Source of the DNA: a virus | Taxonomy: Duplodnaviria > Caudoviricetes | Reading direction: 5' to 3' (one strand) | IMG/VR virus record: IMGVR_UViG_3300032234_000384 | Location: 1 to 63,522 of that record | DNA: 63,522 bases | Part shown: one piece after another, positions 1 to 9,445 of the stretch | How positions within the stretch are numbered: the first letter of the stretch is position 1 | How the letters are laid out: each line of letters opens with the position of its first letter | Position numbers and translations under genes: made by a program | Notes under the pieces: model-generated | The model's database searches: none | The model's input: only the letters and a program-made list of their open reading frames with translations | Told to the model about the DNA's origin: nothing

Positions 1-252
1 ACCCATACCGGCGGTTCTTTGAACCCAACCAGCGTGTGCCATTTTTGTTGCGGCAGGTGTTACTTGTGTGTTTGATGCTTCTTGCGTATCGACACCATAA
101 ACACCAACTGCCTCAGAAAATGCTTGTGCTACGTTAGCGTTAGCGTAGATTACATTGGCGTTTGCACGTGTTGGTGCTAAGTTTAACGCAGTACCGGCAT
201 AAAGTGGTACGCCGGTGTTTGCATCGGTCATTGTCCAGAAAGCTGTTGACAT
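1..252 (-). CDS. Probable virion structural protein, partial (runs off the window)
   Basis: ATG at 252 with AAGGAG RBS; MSTAFWTMTD...HAGWVQRT, HAGWV motif common in T4-like virion proteins. Confidence 0.55.
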   Translation of the reverse strand, partial: MSTAFWTMTDANTGVPLYAGTALNLAPTRANANVIYANANVAQAFSEAVGVYGVDTQEASNTQVTPAATKMAHAGWVQRTAGMG

Positions 253-287
253 TTTTAATTTCTCCTTGAAAGAATTCTATTTACTAT

Positions 288-2315
288 TTATTGTTTCTGT
301 GAATTGGGTCTGGTCTTAAGAACCGGCTCAATCTCTACGGTATCACGTGGCTTTCCTGTCATAGTAGTGCCACCTTGCATTGTAATCTTGGCTGCGGGTT
401 TGTCATCCTTTTCCCAATCATATAAGCTCTCATTTTTACCCTTCTTTTTATAGATGGATTTAATGATACGTGCTGATTTCAGGTTCTTTTTACGTTGTTC
501 GGACTCCATAGCCTTCACAGAGTTTGTTGCTGACAATGGTGAATCTTCGATACCACCAATACCTTCTTTTACAACATCTTCTTTGACAGACTTCCAACCG
601 CCACCTTTTGACTTATACCATTTAGATGCCCAACCGTTTGCATATGCGGAAGGATAAACATCAAACTTGGAACGTGCCAGAGATTTTGCTCTGGACCAAA
701 GAGATGGATTTGTTGGACTATTTTTTTCGTCAATTTGTTCCACTTCTTCATTTTTTGGTACGCAATTAGGAACTACTTTACCACCCTTCATTTTTGTACC
801 AACTTGTTTGTGTGTATCCCAACATGCTTCATCAACGGTTTCTTCACCCAGTTTACCCTTACCATAATTCGAAACATTAATAGGTTTACCACCTTTACCT
901 GCACGGTCAGCAACAGGATCATGCTTGCGTTTAGTTGCTACTGCGGCCGCACGTTCACTCTTACTTAATTCAGCACGTTTTTCTTTTGACATGCATTTTG
1001 GTTTTGGTTCACCTGGCTCTCTGGCGCAAGGACCTGCAACTTCACCCTTTGAGTTGATTCTTTTCCAATCACCTTCAGGATCAGTTTTGCTAAACCACTT
1101 ACGTAAATCTTCACGTGTAATGCGGCTATCAAGTTCTTGATTATCGTCTTGATTTTTCAATTCGTTAATTTTTTTAGCATCATTATCAAATTGTTTTCTG
1201 GTGGCTTTCATGATACCAGAGAAACGTTTGTTACCTTTCGAATAATCACCAGCTTTGTCTGCGGCAGATGCTTGAGCACCAGCGGCTTTCTTGTATCGTC
1301 CTAGAAGGTCGGAAGAAAGTTCATCAATTTGTTCAGTTTCTTCTGAGTGGTATTGTTTTTGAATCTGACTACCATATCCGCCAATATCCAACTTCTTAGG
1401 AGTTTTGTCAGCATATGTACCTAAACGCTTGTCTGCATCGGCACGATTGATACCTTTAGAACGCTTGTTGGCTGTTGCATGGTATTCTTTACTGCTGATT
1501 TCACCAGCATGTCGAGCCACTGCATTTGCACCAAGAGATTTGTGTGCGGCAGTTTTGTAACTTTGAAGTGTGGTCGATTTCAATTCATCAATACGTTCAA
1601 TTTCTTCTTTGATTGCAACAATTTTATTGTACATGTCCATAGACAATGCACCTTCACCACGCATGTTGATTAGATTCTCAACAACTTTGTGTAGGTCCAT
1701 ATCAGTCTTTGCATCTTCACGTGCATACTCCAGAACACGAATCAACAAAGGAATATCCATTGTTACAGTGTCTTTAGCATCAACCGCTTCTTTCACTGGC
1801 TTCTTTTCTTCGTTCCAATCATCACCACGCTCACCCATACCGGATGTTTCTTTCATGTGGCGCATCTTGAAAATTCTGAATTCGGAAGAACGTGCATATG
1901 CTTTCTTTTGATTTCCATCCATGGTCAAAGGATTCAATCCTTTAGACTTAATAAAAGTCATTAGAAGACCAGTGCCGGCTTCATCAAGTTGTTCGGTTTC
2001 TTCGGAAACATCTTCTTGCTTCAAATTCTGTTTTTCACGGTCAAATGTGTGGCCAGATTTATAACGCTTAAAAGCATTTGAACGTGCATAAGAAGAACGT
2101 TGTGCAAAAGTCATAAACTCTGGATTGAATCCGAGTGAACGAATGTACTTCATCAAAAGACCATCCTCATTTAGGACTTCTTCTTTGACGGGTTGTGCAT
2201 ATTTTGCAGACCAAGGCTCCATTGGATCCTCATATGGTGAATCGCCAAGTTTGCCCATAACAGACTCTTTCTTGGCCTTCACTATGTCCTTGACTAATTT
2301 ACCAGCTTTGCTCAT
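288..2315 (-). CDS. Modular internal head protein / polyprotein
   Basis: 675 aa; small basic modules separated by repeated E-(Q/R)-(I/L/V)-D-E linkers resembling gp21 cleavage sites. Confidence 0.6.
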   Translation of the reverse strand: MSKAGKLVKDIVKAKKESVMGKLGDSPYEDPMEPWSAKYAQPVKEEVLNEDGLLMKYIRSLGFNPEFMTFAQRSSYARSNAFKRYKSGHTFDREKQNLKQEDVSEETEQLDEAGTGLLMTFIKSKGLNPLTMDGNQKKAYARSSEFRIFKMRHMKETSGMGERGDDWNEEKKPVKEAVDAKDTVTMDIPLLIRVLEYAREDAKTDMDLHKVVENLINMRGEGALSMDMYNKIVAIKEEIERIDELKSTTLQSYKTAAHKSLGANAVARHAGEISSKEYHATANKRSKGINRADADKRLGTYADKTPKKLDIGGYGSQIQKQYHSEETEQIDELSSDLLGRYKKAAGAQASAADKAGDYSKGNKRFSGIMKATRKQFDNDAKKINELKNQDDNQELDSRITREDLRKWFSKTDPEGDWKRINSKGEVAGPCAREPGEPKPKCMSKEKRAELSKSERAAAVATKRKHDPVADRAGKGGKPINVSNYGKGKLGEETVDEACWDTHKQVGTKMKGGKVVPNCVPKNEEVEQIDEKNSPTNPSLWSRAKSLARSKFDVYPSAYANGWASKWYKSKGGGWKSVKEDVVKEGIGGIEDSPLSATNSVKAMESEQRKKNLKSARIIKSIYKKKGKNESLYDWEKDDKPAAKITMQGGTTMTGKPRDTVEIEPVLKTRPNSQKQ

Positions 2316-2851
2316 TACTGATTTCCTTTTTCTTTAGGTATAATTTGACCTAATTTTTTTACTTTTCTAACATCCATATTTAGAGTGTCACAAGCCGTTT
2401 TTAAACTCTCATAAGTTTTTCCGAAAATTGTAATTTTTTTAGAAGAACCTTTTGGATGATTTATTTTTGCATTATGTATACTACCCTGTCTTTTAGACCA
2501 ATGGTTATCACCAGACATTTTCTTAACTATTTCTGGATCATGCATTGGATTTTGCTTGAAAATATTATGTGTTTTTCCTGGTCTTTTAGACCAATGGTTA
2601 TCACCAGACATTTTTTCTAATACATCAGGCCTGTACATTGGATTATTTTCTTTTAACATCGACAATCTGGCTTCTTGCACAGAAATTTGACCAGAAAGTG
2701 TTTTCCAAGCAATTTTATCTTGCCAATGTCCATATTTTTCCCAAAGTTTCTTATGTTCTTCAGCATGTTCTTCAACAGTCAAAGAAATAAGATTGGAAGG
2801 ATCATCGGATCCTCCCATGTGTTTTGGAATAATATGGTGTTTGTGAATCAT
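2315..2851 (-). CDS. HNH homing endonuclease
   Basis: HKHHIIPKHMGGSDDPSNL..LT..EH..EH motif; C-terminal repeats of NUMOD type. Confidence 0.8.
   Translation of the reverse strand: MIHKHHIIPKHMGGSDDPSNLISLTVEEHAEEHKKLWEKYGHWQDKIAWKTLSGQISVQEARLSMLKENNPMYRPDVLEKMSGDNHWSKRPGKTHNIFKQNPMHDPEIVKKMSGDNHWSKRQGSIHNAKINHPKGSSKKITIFGKTYESLKTACDTLNMDVRKVKKLGQIIPKEKGNQ
2488..2614. repeat. 34-bp direct repeat inside the HNH gene (KMSGDNHWSKR x2)
   Basis: gtcttttagaccaatggttatcaccagacatttt at 2488-2521 and 2581-2614. Confidence 0.9.
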
Positions 2852-3663
2852 TATTTCTTGGCTCTTGCTGTGGCCGTAGCGTACATTACGGATTTAGCTT
2901 TGTCGCCGTAACGTGCTTTGAAACCAGCAAGTGATTTTTTCATACCTTTTACGATACGCTCTTTTTCAGCAGTTTCACCTTTAGAAAGTTCACGTTCATC
3001 AACTTGTTCAACTTCTTCCTTTTTCATTTCACGTTCTTTTTTGTTGATTTTATCACCAACGTGAAGTGCTCTAGCAGCATAATCTCTGGCTCCTGCCTTA
3101 TTGTCATCCATATGAGCACCATATGCACGATTAGTTAGCTCTTTTTTAGCTGCCTTCATCGTGTCAACTGAAAGTTCAGCAATTTGCTCGGCTTCTTCCT
3201 TAACATTACCTGCAACGTCCATCATCACTTTTTTTGGTGCAAATGGATTAGAAGTTTTACCTTTAACACGACCAGATAATGTGTCTGTCGTTACTTTATC
3301 AGGATCAATTTCTTCTTTTTTGACCTTTTCGTCATCATGTTCTGGTTTTTCTTTTTGCTTGGAACCACCATAGCGGGAACCTTGCTTCATACCAGAACCA
3401 CCTGAAGGTTGTGGACCCGATTTAGCTTTTACAGCCTTCAACATGTCATCCCAGCCTTCTTCGACTTGTTCTTCTTCGTTGACTTTCTTTTCGCCACGGA
3501 GAATTTTAAAGTCATCAGCATCAACTTTATTGTTTTTGTTTTTATCAATTTTATGCTGATTACCCTTTAGTGCTTCCATTTTAGCTTTATAGTCAGCTTC
3601 ATTGATGCCCTTGATAAGGTCGGCGATAGGATCAGATTGGGTGAATGCGTTTTTAGTGAACAT
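2851..3663 (-). CDS. Probable internal head protein
   Basis: 270 aa; EEQVEE/EQIAE/EQVDE linkers; C-terminal ...YATATARAKK module. Confidence 0.55.
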   Translation of the reverse strand: MFTKNAFTQSDPIADLIKGINEADYKAKMEALKGNQHKIDKNKNNKVDADDFKILRGEKKVNEEEQVEEGWDDMLKAVKAKSGPQPSGGSGMKQGSRYGGSKQKEKPEHDDEKVKKEEIDPDKVTTDTLSGRVKGKTSNPFAPKKVMMDVAGNVKEEAEQIAELSVDTMKAAKKELTNRAYGAHMDDNKAGARDYAARALHVGDKINKKEREMKKEEVEQVDERELSKGETAEKERIVKGMKKSLAGFKARYGDKAKSVMYATATARAKK

Positions 3664-3680
3664 TTATTTCTCCGTTATAA

Positions 3681-4157
3681 TTAGCAGTTCCATTTGCGTA
3701 GTGATAATGCTTTTCTAGTTGGTCTGCCTTTTTCGTCCTTCATCGGACCTGGCATTCCACCCATTCTAGCACAGAATGATTTTCTTCTATTGGCCGCTTT
3801 GCTTCCAGGTTTTAATTTGGAAGGTGGTGTAGTAACAGCCATCGATAATTTCGAACCTGGATTTTCACGGCGATAAGAAGCAATACCTTTACGATTCAAA
3901 CCACCTTCAGGGTTTTTACCTGCTTTTCTTTGCCAAGCAGGTGACTTTTCTTCGTTCAGAGCATTCTTCAAGAACTCACCTTGCGTTATAGCATGGTGAT
4001 GTTTAGCCATAAATGTATGGTAGCCATCCATGTCACCCATATCTTTAAGAGAATTAGCCTTCTCAACATACTGTTTGGCAGTATCAAAAAAGCGATTCAT
4101 TTGCCTTTCAAAATCTTTTTTTTCTTGCTCTTTTGAGTATTGCAAAAATGTTTTCAT
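3681..4157 (-). CDS. DUF6321-like phage protein with a capsid-targeting-type N-terminus
   Basis: MKTFLQY start; KSPAWQRKAGKNPEGGLN...RRKSFCARM...LRKWNC. Confidence 0.6.
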   Translation of the reverse strand: MKTFLQYSKEQEKKDFERQMNRFFDTAKQYVEKANSLKDMGDMDGYHTFMAKHHHAITQGEFLKNALNEEKSPAWQRKAGKNPEGGLNRKGIASYRRENPGSKLSMAVTTPPSKLKPGSKAANRRKSFCARMGGMPGPMKDEKGRPTRKALSLRKWNC

Positions 4158-6070
4158 TTCTTTTTCTTCTTTAGAAGTGGAGGATTAACGGGTATCTTAT
4201 TCAGAGTATCCATTGGTTCTTTATTTGATGGTCCATGATAACCACCGGTGACTCCCATTTCAGTGCTAGGAGAATCAATAGATTCTTTTCTAAATTTATT
4301 AAATGATTTGCGTGTCACCTCTGCGGTACTACTATATTTATGCTCTGTCTGTTCTTTAAAGTTAACATTACTTAGACCAGCCATTGGATAAACTGTACCC
4401 TGACCACGTGTATCATACTCTGGTGATACACCGGAAGTTTTGATTACTTTTCCACTTTCGGCGTTTGAGGTTTTCTGCCTCTTGGCTTTTTGTTTGTCTG
4501 CGTCTTGTTGGAATCTGGTTTCTTTGGCTGGACTTTTGACTGTGATGGTTGGTCCACTACTTTCGTAGGTTCTGAAGGTGTAACCGGAGTTTGAGGTAAT
4601 TCCTCCGTCTTTAATGTCGTCTGGCTTGCCTTGTCTTCTGACAAGTTCACAGCTTGGACAGATGTTGTCGGCAATTCTGTAGCGTTTGTAAGAACCGCTT
4701 TTTTGGTCGGTCCGTCCAGAGGATGTGGCTTTGTCTCCACAGGAGCAACTGGGTCCTTCGGCGAGAACAGCTTTGCTAATTGTTTTAGTTTCTGAAACAT
4801 ATTTTTTGTATCCCTTTTCTAATATAGGTTTTGTTATAAAAGTTTCGAACATCTTATTGATGTTGTGTTTTTTGTGCCTTACCATCCAAGATTCGGCGAG
4901 TTCATTGTCAACAGGGGTATCAAAGAACCAGTTAGTCATTTCATAAATGATAGAAATGTCTTCCTCTTTCTCTGACGTTTCAAAATCGTTGGCTTCATTC
5001 AAGTCCACGGAGTTGTCAAACTCAAGATACTTTTTAAAATCTTGATTGAATTTTTCTGCAACTAACTGTGTGACTTCCCATCTTTGCTGACGGACAGATT
5101 CTGCCATCATTCTTTCGTGGCCTTCGTTACGCTTTCTTGATGATTCATTCGATGTATTCACAAAAATCATCATAGTTTCGTAACCAAGTTCTTCCAATTC
5201 TTCACGAATAGCAAGAATGTTATATTGTTCGTTTGTCGTACCAGTGATAATCAGGGGTTGGCGTTGACGAATAGCTTCACGGCGAGTGTCACGTGAGAAC
5301 TCATATAATTTGTGTTTATCATTCAGTATTGATACTGCCGTTGTTGAAGTGATTTCTACTGCATTCTGTTGTGCAATTGCTTCACGTATGATAATGTCTT
5401 TGCCGGAACCTGGTCCACCAGATATGAAAACGGCTTTGAACAGACCATGATTGGCACTTTCGTGTATACCCATACCTTGTCTAACATCACGGAACAATTC
5501 TTTTGCATGTTTTTCTGGAACGTGTGAAGGAATACCCTGTTTGAATGAATGAAAATCATTATTTTGAGCATGTTCACGCATCTTAGATGCAGACATACCT
5601 TCCGTACCTTCAGAATCGGGATCACGTTGGCCAGCAGACTTAACTTCAATCTTTTTGAAATTATATAATGAACCCTTTGCGGTGCCATTATATTGTTGTA
5701 ATTTCTTTTCGTATTCAGGTATTCTGTCCGAACCAGCAACCATAATTAAATGGTCATGACCCATGGCATGTAATCTTGCGGCATGTTGCAAGAATGTTGG
5801 ATGTTCCTTAGATGATGCTTCGATATTAGTATTGGGGAAGAAACGTTTTGCGTGTTTTACTTTTGAAGTAATATCAAGTGGATTCTTTTTAGCATCAACA
5901 GAGTGTGAAATAATGATGTGGTGAGGAGCGTTATGATCTTTGGCAATTTCTTTAACTTTATTGACCAACTTTTCGTGTCCCGTAGTTGGAGGATTCATGC
6001 GACCAAAGGCCATCACCACAGGTTTGTGGGTTTTAGAATTCGCTTCTAATTTTTCTAAAAATGATTTCAT
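4154..6070 (-). CDS. HIGH-type nucleotidyltransferase fused to a P-loop kinase-like domain
   Basis: FGRMNPPTTGH, VAGSDR and MSASKMR motifs; GGPGSGKD Walker A; MKSFLE start. Confidence 0.75.
   Translation of the reverse strand: MKSFLEKLEANSKTHKPVVMAFGRMNPPTTGHEKLVNKVKEIAKDHNAPHHIIISHSVDAKKNPLDITSKVKHAKRFFPNTNIEASSKEHPTFLQHAARLHAMGHDHLIMVAGSDRIPEYEKKLQQYNGTAKGSLYNFKKIEVKSAGQRDPDSEGTEGMSASKMREHAQNNDFHSFKQGIPSHVPEKHAKELFRDVRQGMGIHESANHGLFKAVFISGGPGSGKDIIIREAIAQQNAVEITSTTAVSILNDKHKLYEFSRDTRREAIRQRQPLIITGTTNEQYNILAIREELEELGYETMMIFVNTSNESSRKRNEGHERMMAESVRQQRWEVTQLVAEKFNQDFKKYLEFDNSVDLNEANDFETSEKEEDISIIYEMTNWFFDTPVDNELAESWMVRHKKHNINKMFETFITKPILEKGYKKYVSETKTISKAVLAEGPSCSCGDKATSSGRTDQKSGSYKRYRIADNICPSCELVRRQGKPDDIKDGGITSNSGYTFRTYESSGPTITVKSPAKETRFQQDADKQKAKRQKTSNAESGKVIKTSGVSPEYDTRGQGTVYPMAGLSNVNFKEQTEHKYSSTAEVTRKSFNKFRKESIDSPSTEMGVTGGYHGPSNKEPMDTLNKIPVNPPLLKKKKK
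4444..4800 (-). CDS. Possible overprinted small protein nested in 4154-6070
   Basis: 118-aa alternative frame with ATG and AAAGGGA RBS; amphipathic N-terminus, Pro/Thr-rich body, KKPRGRKP tail. Confidence 0.45.
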   Translation of the reverse strand: MFQKLKQLAKLFSPKDPVAPVETKPHPLDGPTKKAVLTNATELPTTSVQAVNLSEDKASQTTLKTEELPQTPVTPSEPTKVVDQPSQSKVQPKKPDSNKTQTNKKPRGRKPQTPKVEK

Positions 6071-7057
6071 TTAATCTTTATGTCCCAAAGTCTTTTTAAA
6101 GTTGTGTAAATCTTCATCTTTATCTAAATCATATGTACTTTTATTTAAACCAGACTTACCATCAGGATGAAATGCTACAGTCCTAGCAAATTTATTACCT
6201 TTTTGTTTTTCTCTAATTCTCCAGGCACCTTTACCTGATATGTTAGGAAGACCATGGCCAGTTTCATCTTTTTTACCAACACTATAAGTTCCGTATCCAC
6301 CAACTTGTAAAACGTGTACATGATGGTCTTGTAGGTATGCATGTGCTGGATCTAAATTTGGATGCTTTATTTCAATAGTCTTTGCTCTACCAGAACTTGT
6401 CGATTCGGCCTTGTCTGGTTCTCCATGCATTTTGTTCATGTAATGTAAAATGCCTGCCTTATCAATCTCTTTTGCGTATTCTGGTCTATTCTTTCTCGCT
6501 TTATCACCAATGTGCCAGCCTTTTTCTTTTGTGTGATGTATTGTCAATTGTCCCATGGATGCTGTAACACCGTCTTTTGTTTCTCCATTTAATAGTGAAC
6601 CGGTGACGGCACCAGGGTGAGCAACTTTTTTCTTTCTATTCTCCACAGCAAAGTCTGTACCGGCCGTTGAGCCTGCACCTGTGAGATGGTGTGGCATAAT
6701 ACCATGTTTCTTTAATCTTTCGACAAATTTATTTTCATAGTCATGACCCTTGTTTGACGGTGCCTCACCGGGTTTATACAATTTAGACAAAGGTATTAGT
6801 TGGTCATTTCCAGTTTGATCTTCCGCATGTACGTGCAGTTTATTATTAACAAGATCAAAACTTTTTAATTTAACATGAGAGCCGGCCGGTAAATCTTCAT
6901 GTTCTGCGGCCAAAGTGTGTGTATATCCTTCCGAATTTAAATGAGGTAACACATACTTCATTAAATGGTCTTCGGCAGCGGCACCAGAAGAAGCCATTCT
7001 TGCACGGCCTTCATTTAAATTATAGGAGTCGAATTGTTTAAATCTTAAAAAATTCAT
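6071..7057 (-). CDS. Hypothetical protein, PD-(D/E)XK nuclease-like
   Basis: GHDYE...TDF...GETK pattern; shares motifs with 14897-15646. Confidence 0.45.
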   Translation of the reverse strand: MNFLRFKQFDSYNLNEGRARMASSGAAAEDHLMKYVLPHLNSEGYTHTLAAEHEDLPAGSHVKLKSFDLVNNKLHVHAEDQTGNDQLIPLSKLYKPGEAPSNKGHDYENKFVERLKKHGIMPHHLTGAGSTAGTDFAVENRKKKVAHPGAVTGSLLNGETKDGVTASMGQLTIHHTKEKGWHIGDKARKNRPEYAKEIDKAGILHYMNKMHGEPDKAESTSSGRAKTIEIKHPNLDPAHAYLQDHHVHVLQVGGYGTYSVGKKDETGHGLPNISGKGAWRIREKQKGNKFARTVAFHPDGKSGLNKSTYDLDKDEDLHNFKKTLGHKD

Positions 7058-7058
7058 T

Positions 7059-8255
7059 TTAAATATTCCTTATGCCCGCAAAATTCCTACGGGAAAATTC
7101 TGCACGGTTAACAAATTTGTCAGACTCTTTGCCGTGGTGGAAGACATAACCTTCTGGATTTGCCGCTTCACCACCGTGTTCGTGCTGGAATTCTTGATGC
7201 TGGTTCATTACATTAATTAGCACGTTTTTTGCTTTCTGCAAATGCTGGTGCATTTTAAATAAATTATTGTAATGTTTTCGGTTTCTATCAATTTTACCCA
7301 ACTCGTCCTTCATTTCGGATTGTTTTGCGGTTCTATTCTTTTCAACCTTCAGTTTATCAATTTCTTTATTCTTTTTGGTTTCCAACCAATTACTGAAATT
7401 TTGGTGGTTTGGTGTTTCACCTGTACGAACGGTGTGATTCATATAAGTTTCTAAGTGACCACCAACACCATGATGTGTTTTGGTACCAGCATACATGTCA
7501 TCACCATGTGTGTCATGTACAGATTGTGCGGCCGCAATGTGTTTGTTGAACTCTGCTCGGTCTTTAGGACCAAAGTGGACTTTGGATGTGTCCATCCTTG
7601 GATCAACAGAGAATACGTCTGGGTGCTGTTTGAACTTTTCATGGTTCACTTCATGTGAAGCATTTAGGCTTCCTGCGTCCTTGCCCGAATAAGAAAGGTG
7701 TGTCACAACACCAATCTTAGACTTTTTAACAGAGGCAGCATGTGTACCATGGGCGGTGTATGTTAGACCAGATGGGTTTGGATGAAAAGAAACACCTCCA
7801 CCTTTTGCTGGTGTTTTGTCATCATGTGAGAACATCATGTCACCCTGATATACACCTTTTTCTGGTGCTACCTTAGGTAGATGCTGTAGTGCATCTTTCA
7901 GTTTCTTTACCAAACCTGGTGCGTGTCCGTGGTTCTTTTCGATATCAGCAGGTGTGTAGTTAATCTTTGGAGTCTTATTGAATGCTGATTTTGATGCTAC
8001 GAAAAACTTACCATTCTCTGGATGGTGACCATAAACAATAGCTGGTGAACCATCATATTTTGTTGTTAATTCGGAGGACTTTTTACCTTGTTGTATGTGT
8101 TGTGCGGCGGCGGTAAGTGAAGCGATAGCATGTTTAGCACCCTTCTCTCCATTCTGGAGTGGACGGTCTTCCACGTGCGTAAGATGTTTAATCTGACGGC
8201 TTGCCCCTTCTTCAGGGTCTTCTTGCTCTGTTAAAAAACGGGAAAAAGATAACAT
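7059..8255 (-). CDS. DUF6267-like protein, ligase/nucleotidyltransferase fold
   Basis: TTKYDGSP (KxDG), YQGD, EGYV and KFVNR motifs; MLSFSRFLTE start. Confidence 0.65.
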   Translation of the reverse strand: MLSFSRFLTEQEDPEEGASRQIKHLTHVEDRPLQNGEKGAKHAIASLTAAAQHIQQGKKSSELTTKYDGSPAIVYGHHPENGKFFVASKSAFNKTPKINYTPADIEKNHGHAPGLVKKLKDALQHLPKVAPEKGVYQGDMMFSHDDKTPAKGGGVSFHPNPSGLTYTAHGTHAASVKKSKIGVVTHLSYSGKDAGSLNASHEVNHEKFKQHPDVFSVDPRMDTSKVHFGPKDRAEFNKHIAAAQSVHDTHGDDMYAGTKTHHGVGGHLETYMNHTVRTGETPNHQNFSNWLETKKNKEIDKLKVEKNRTAKQSEMKDELGKIDRNRKHYNNLFKMHQHLQKAKNVLINVMNQHQEFQHEHGGEAANPEGYVFHHGKESDKFVNRAEFSRRNFAGIRNI

Positions 8256-8292
8256 TAAATCCTCGATCTAGTACACTGTGACTATGTATTAT

Positions 8293-9018
8293 TTAGTAAC
8301 CCCAAATTTTAATATCTACCCATTTGTCCATATCTTCTCTAACTAAGGAATGCTTTCCAATGTTAAATTTACCGTCTGTAAAGGGGTGGTCGATATCAAT
8401 ACGTTCAACTGGGATGGAATTTCTGGTTAGTTGTTCTTGTAACATTTCGTGACCACAAAGTGGAACACCAAGCCTTCTCAAATTCAAAAAGGTTGAAGCA
8501 TACACATTCATCGTATCCGGATCAGCAATCGCAAATTGGTCATTCAATAATGGATTGGGACCATCGGTATCTTTTGATATGTAAACTTTACCTTTTTCAA
8601 GGTTCGAAAAGTCTATAACTTTGTTGAGTGCTAGGTCAAACCTGCTTCTAATAACAAAGTCATATTTTACATCATTTAGAACTTGATGGCGAATCCTAAG
8701 GTCGTTTGCTTTATAAATTGAATAAAACATTGACGTACAGAAGTTTGCCGGATGTGAAGCATTCGGAACAAACATGTCGGAGTTTATTGTTGCCGGTAAT
8801 GGCATATCGTATGCCAAATATATTGGATCGTAGATGAAATTTATATCCTCATACATTTTCATCTGTGTTATACCACCTGGCGGCTTCCAGGTATGACAGA
8901 AAACATCTACATTGTAAACATCTAGAAGATTTTTCTTGACGTAATTTTGTGCTCGAAATAAACCTCTAGCTTGCCCCGACAGACATAGTGCTAGTTTCAG
9001 TGATGAATTTTTCGACAT
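8293..9018 (-). CDS. Glycosyltransferase-like protein
   Basis: LCLSGQAR, DVFCHTW, YDFVIRSRFD, NDQFA; paralog of 9442 and 33737. Confidence 0.6.
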   Translation of the reverse strand: MSKNSSLKLALCLSGQARGLFRAQNYVKKNLLDVYNVDVFCHTWKPPGGITQMKMYEDINFIYDPIYLAYDMPLPATINSDMFVPNASHPANFCTSMFYSIYKANDLRIRHQVLNDVKYDFVIRSRFDLALNKVIDFSNLEKGKVYISKDTDGPNPLLNDQFAIADPDTMNVYASTFLNLRRLGVPLCGHEMLQEQLTRNSIPVERIDIDHPFTDGKFNIGKHSLVREDMDKWVDIKIWGY

Positions 9019-9445
9019 AATCTGTACACACTCCAACAATATTAACAGTCTTTACATATTCCCAATACTTATCACACCTTTCAGGCATAACAGCAACTGA
9101 GTTATTAGTTAGGTGTTTTCCTGGATAGGTCCAAATAACATCATTTGAAGTTAAGGTGAAATCGTCCTCTTGATGCCAAAAATATGTATATTTAAAAGGT
9201 CGGTTTATCAATTCATGGAGTGCGTCTAAGTTTTTACAATGAAGCCAAAGACCTTGTTTACCGATGAATTCTTCTTCGACCATGTATTGTGGCTCATCAT
9301 GTCCTAACCACCATTCATCTTTGATTCTCCAAAGGTCTACTTCACAATCGTATCCTTTGTTCAGTGCCAGTAGAATTTGGCTTGGGTGATTTTCTTTTTC
9401 TTTGTCTGGTCCCTGGAAAAGACCACGGTGTGCAATCATTTTCAT
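8966..9445 (-). CDS. Glycerophosphodiester phosphodiesterase-like protein
   Basis: IAHRG...EN, EVD, LGHD, HCKN, GVCTD. Confidence 0.75.
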   Translation of the reverse strand: MKMIAHRGLFQGPDKEKENHPSQILLALNKGYDCEVDLWRIKDEWWLGHDEPQYMVEEEFIGKQGLWLHCKNLDALHELINRPFKYTYFWHQEDDFTLTSNDVIWTYPGKHLTNNSVAVMPERCDKYWEYVKTVNIVGVCTDYVEKFITETSTMSVGAS

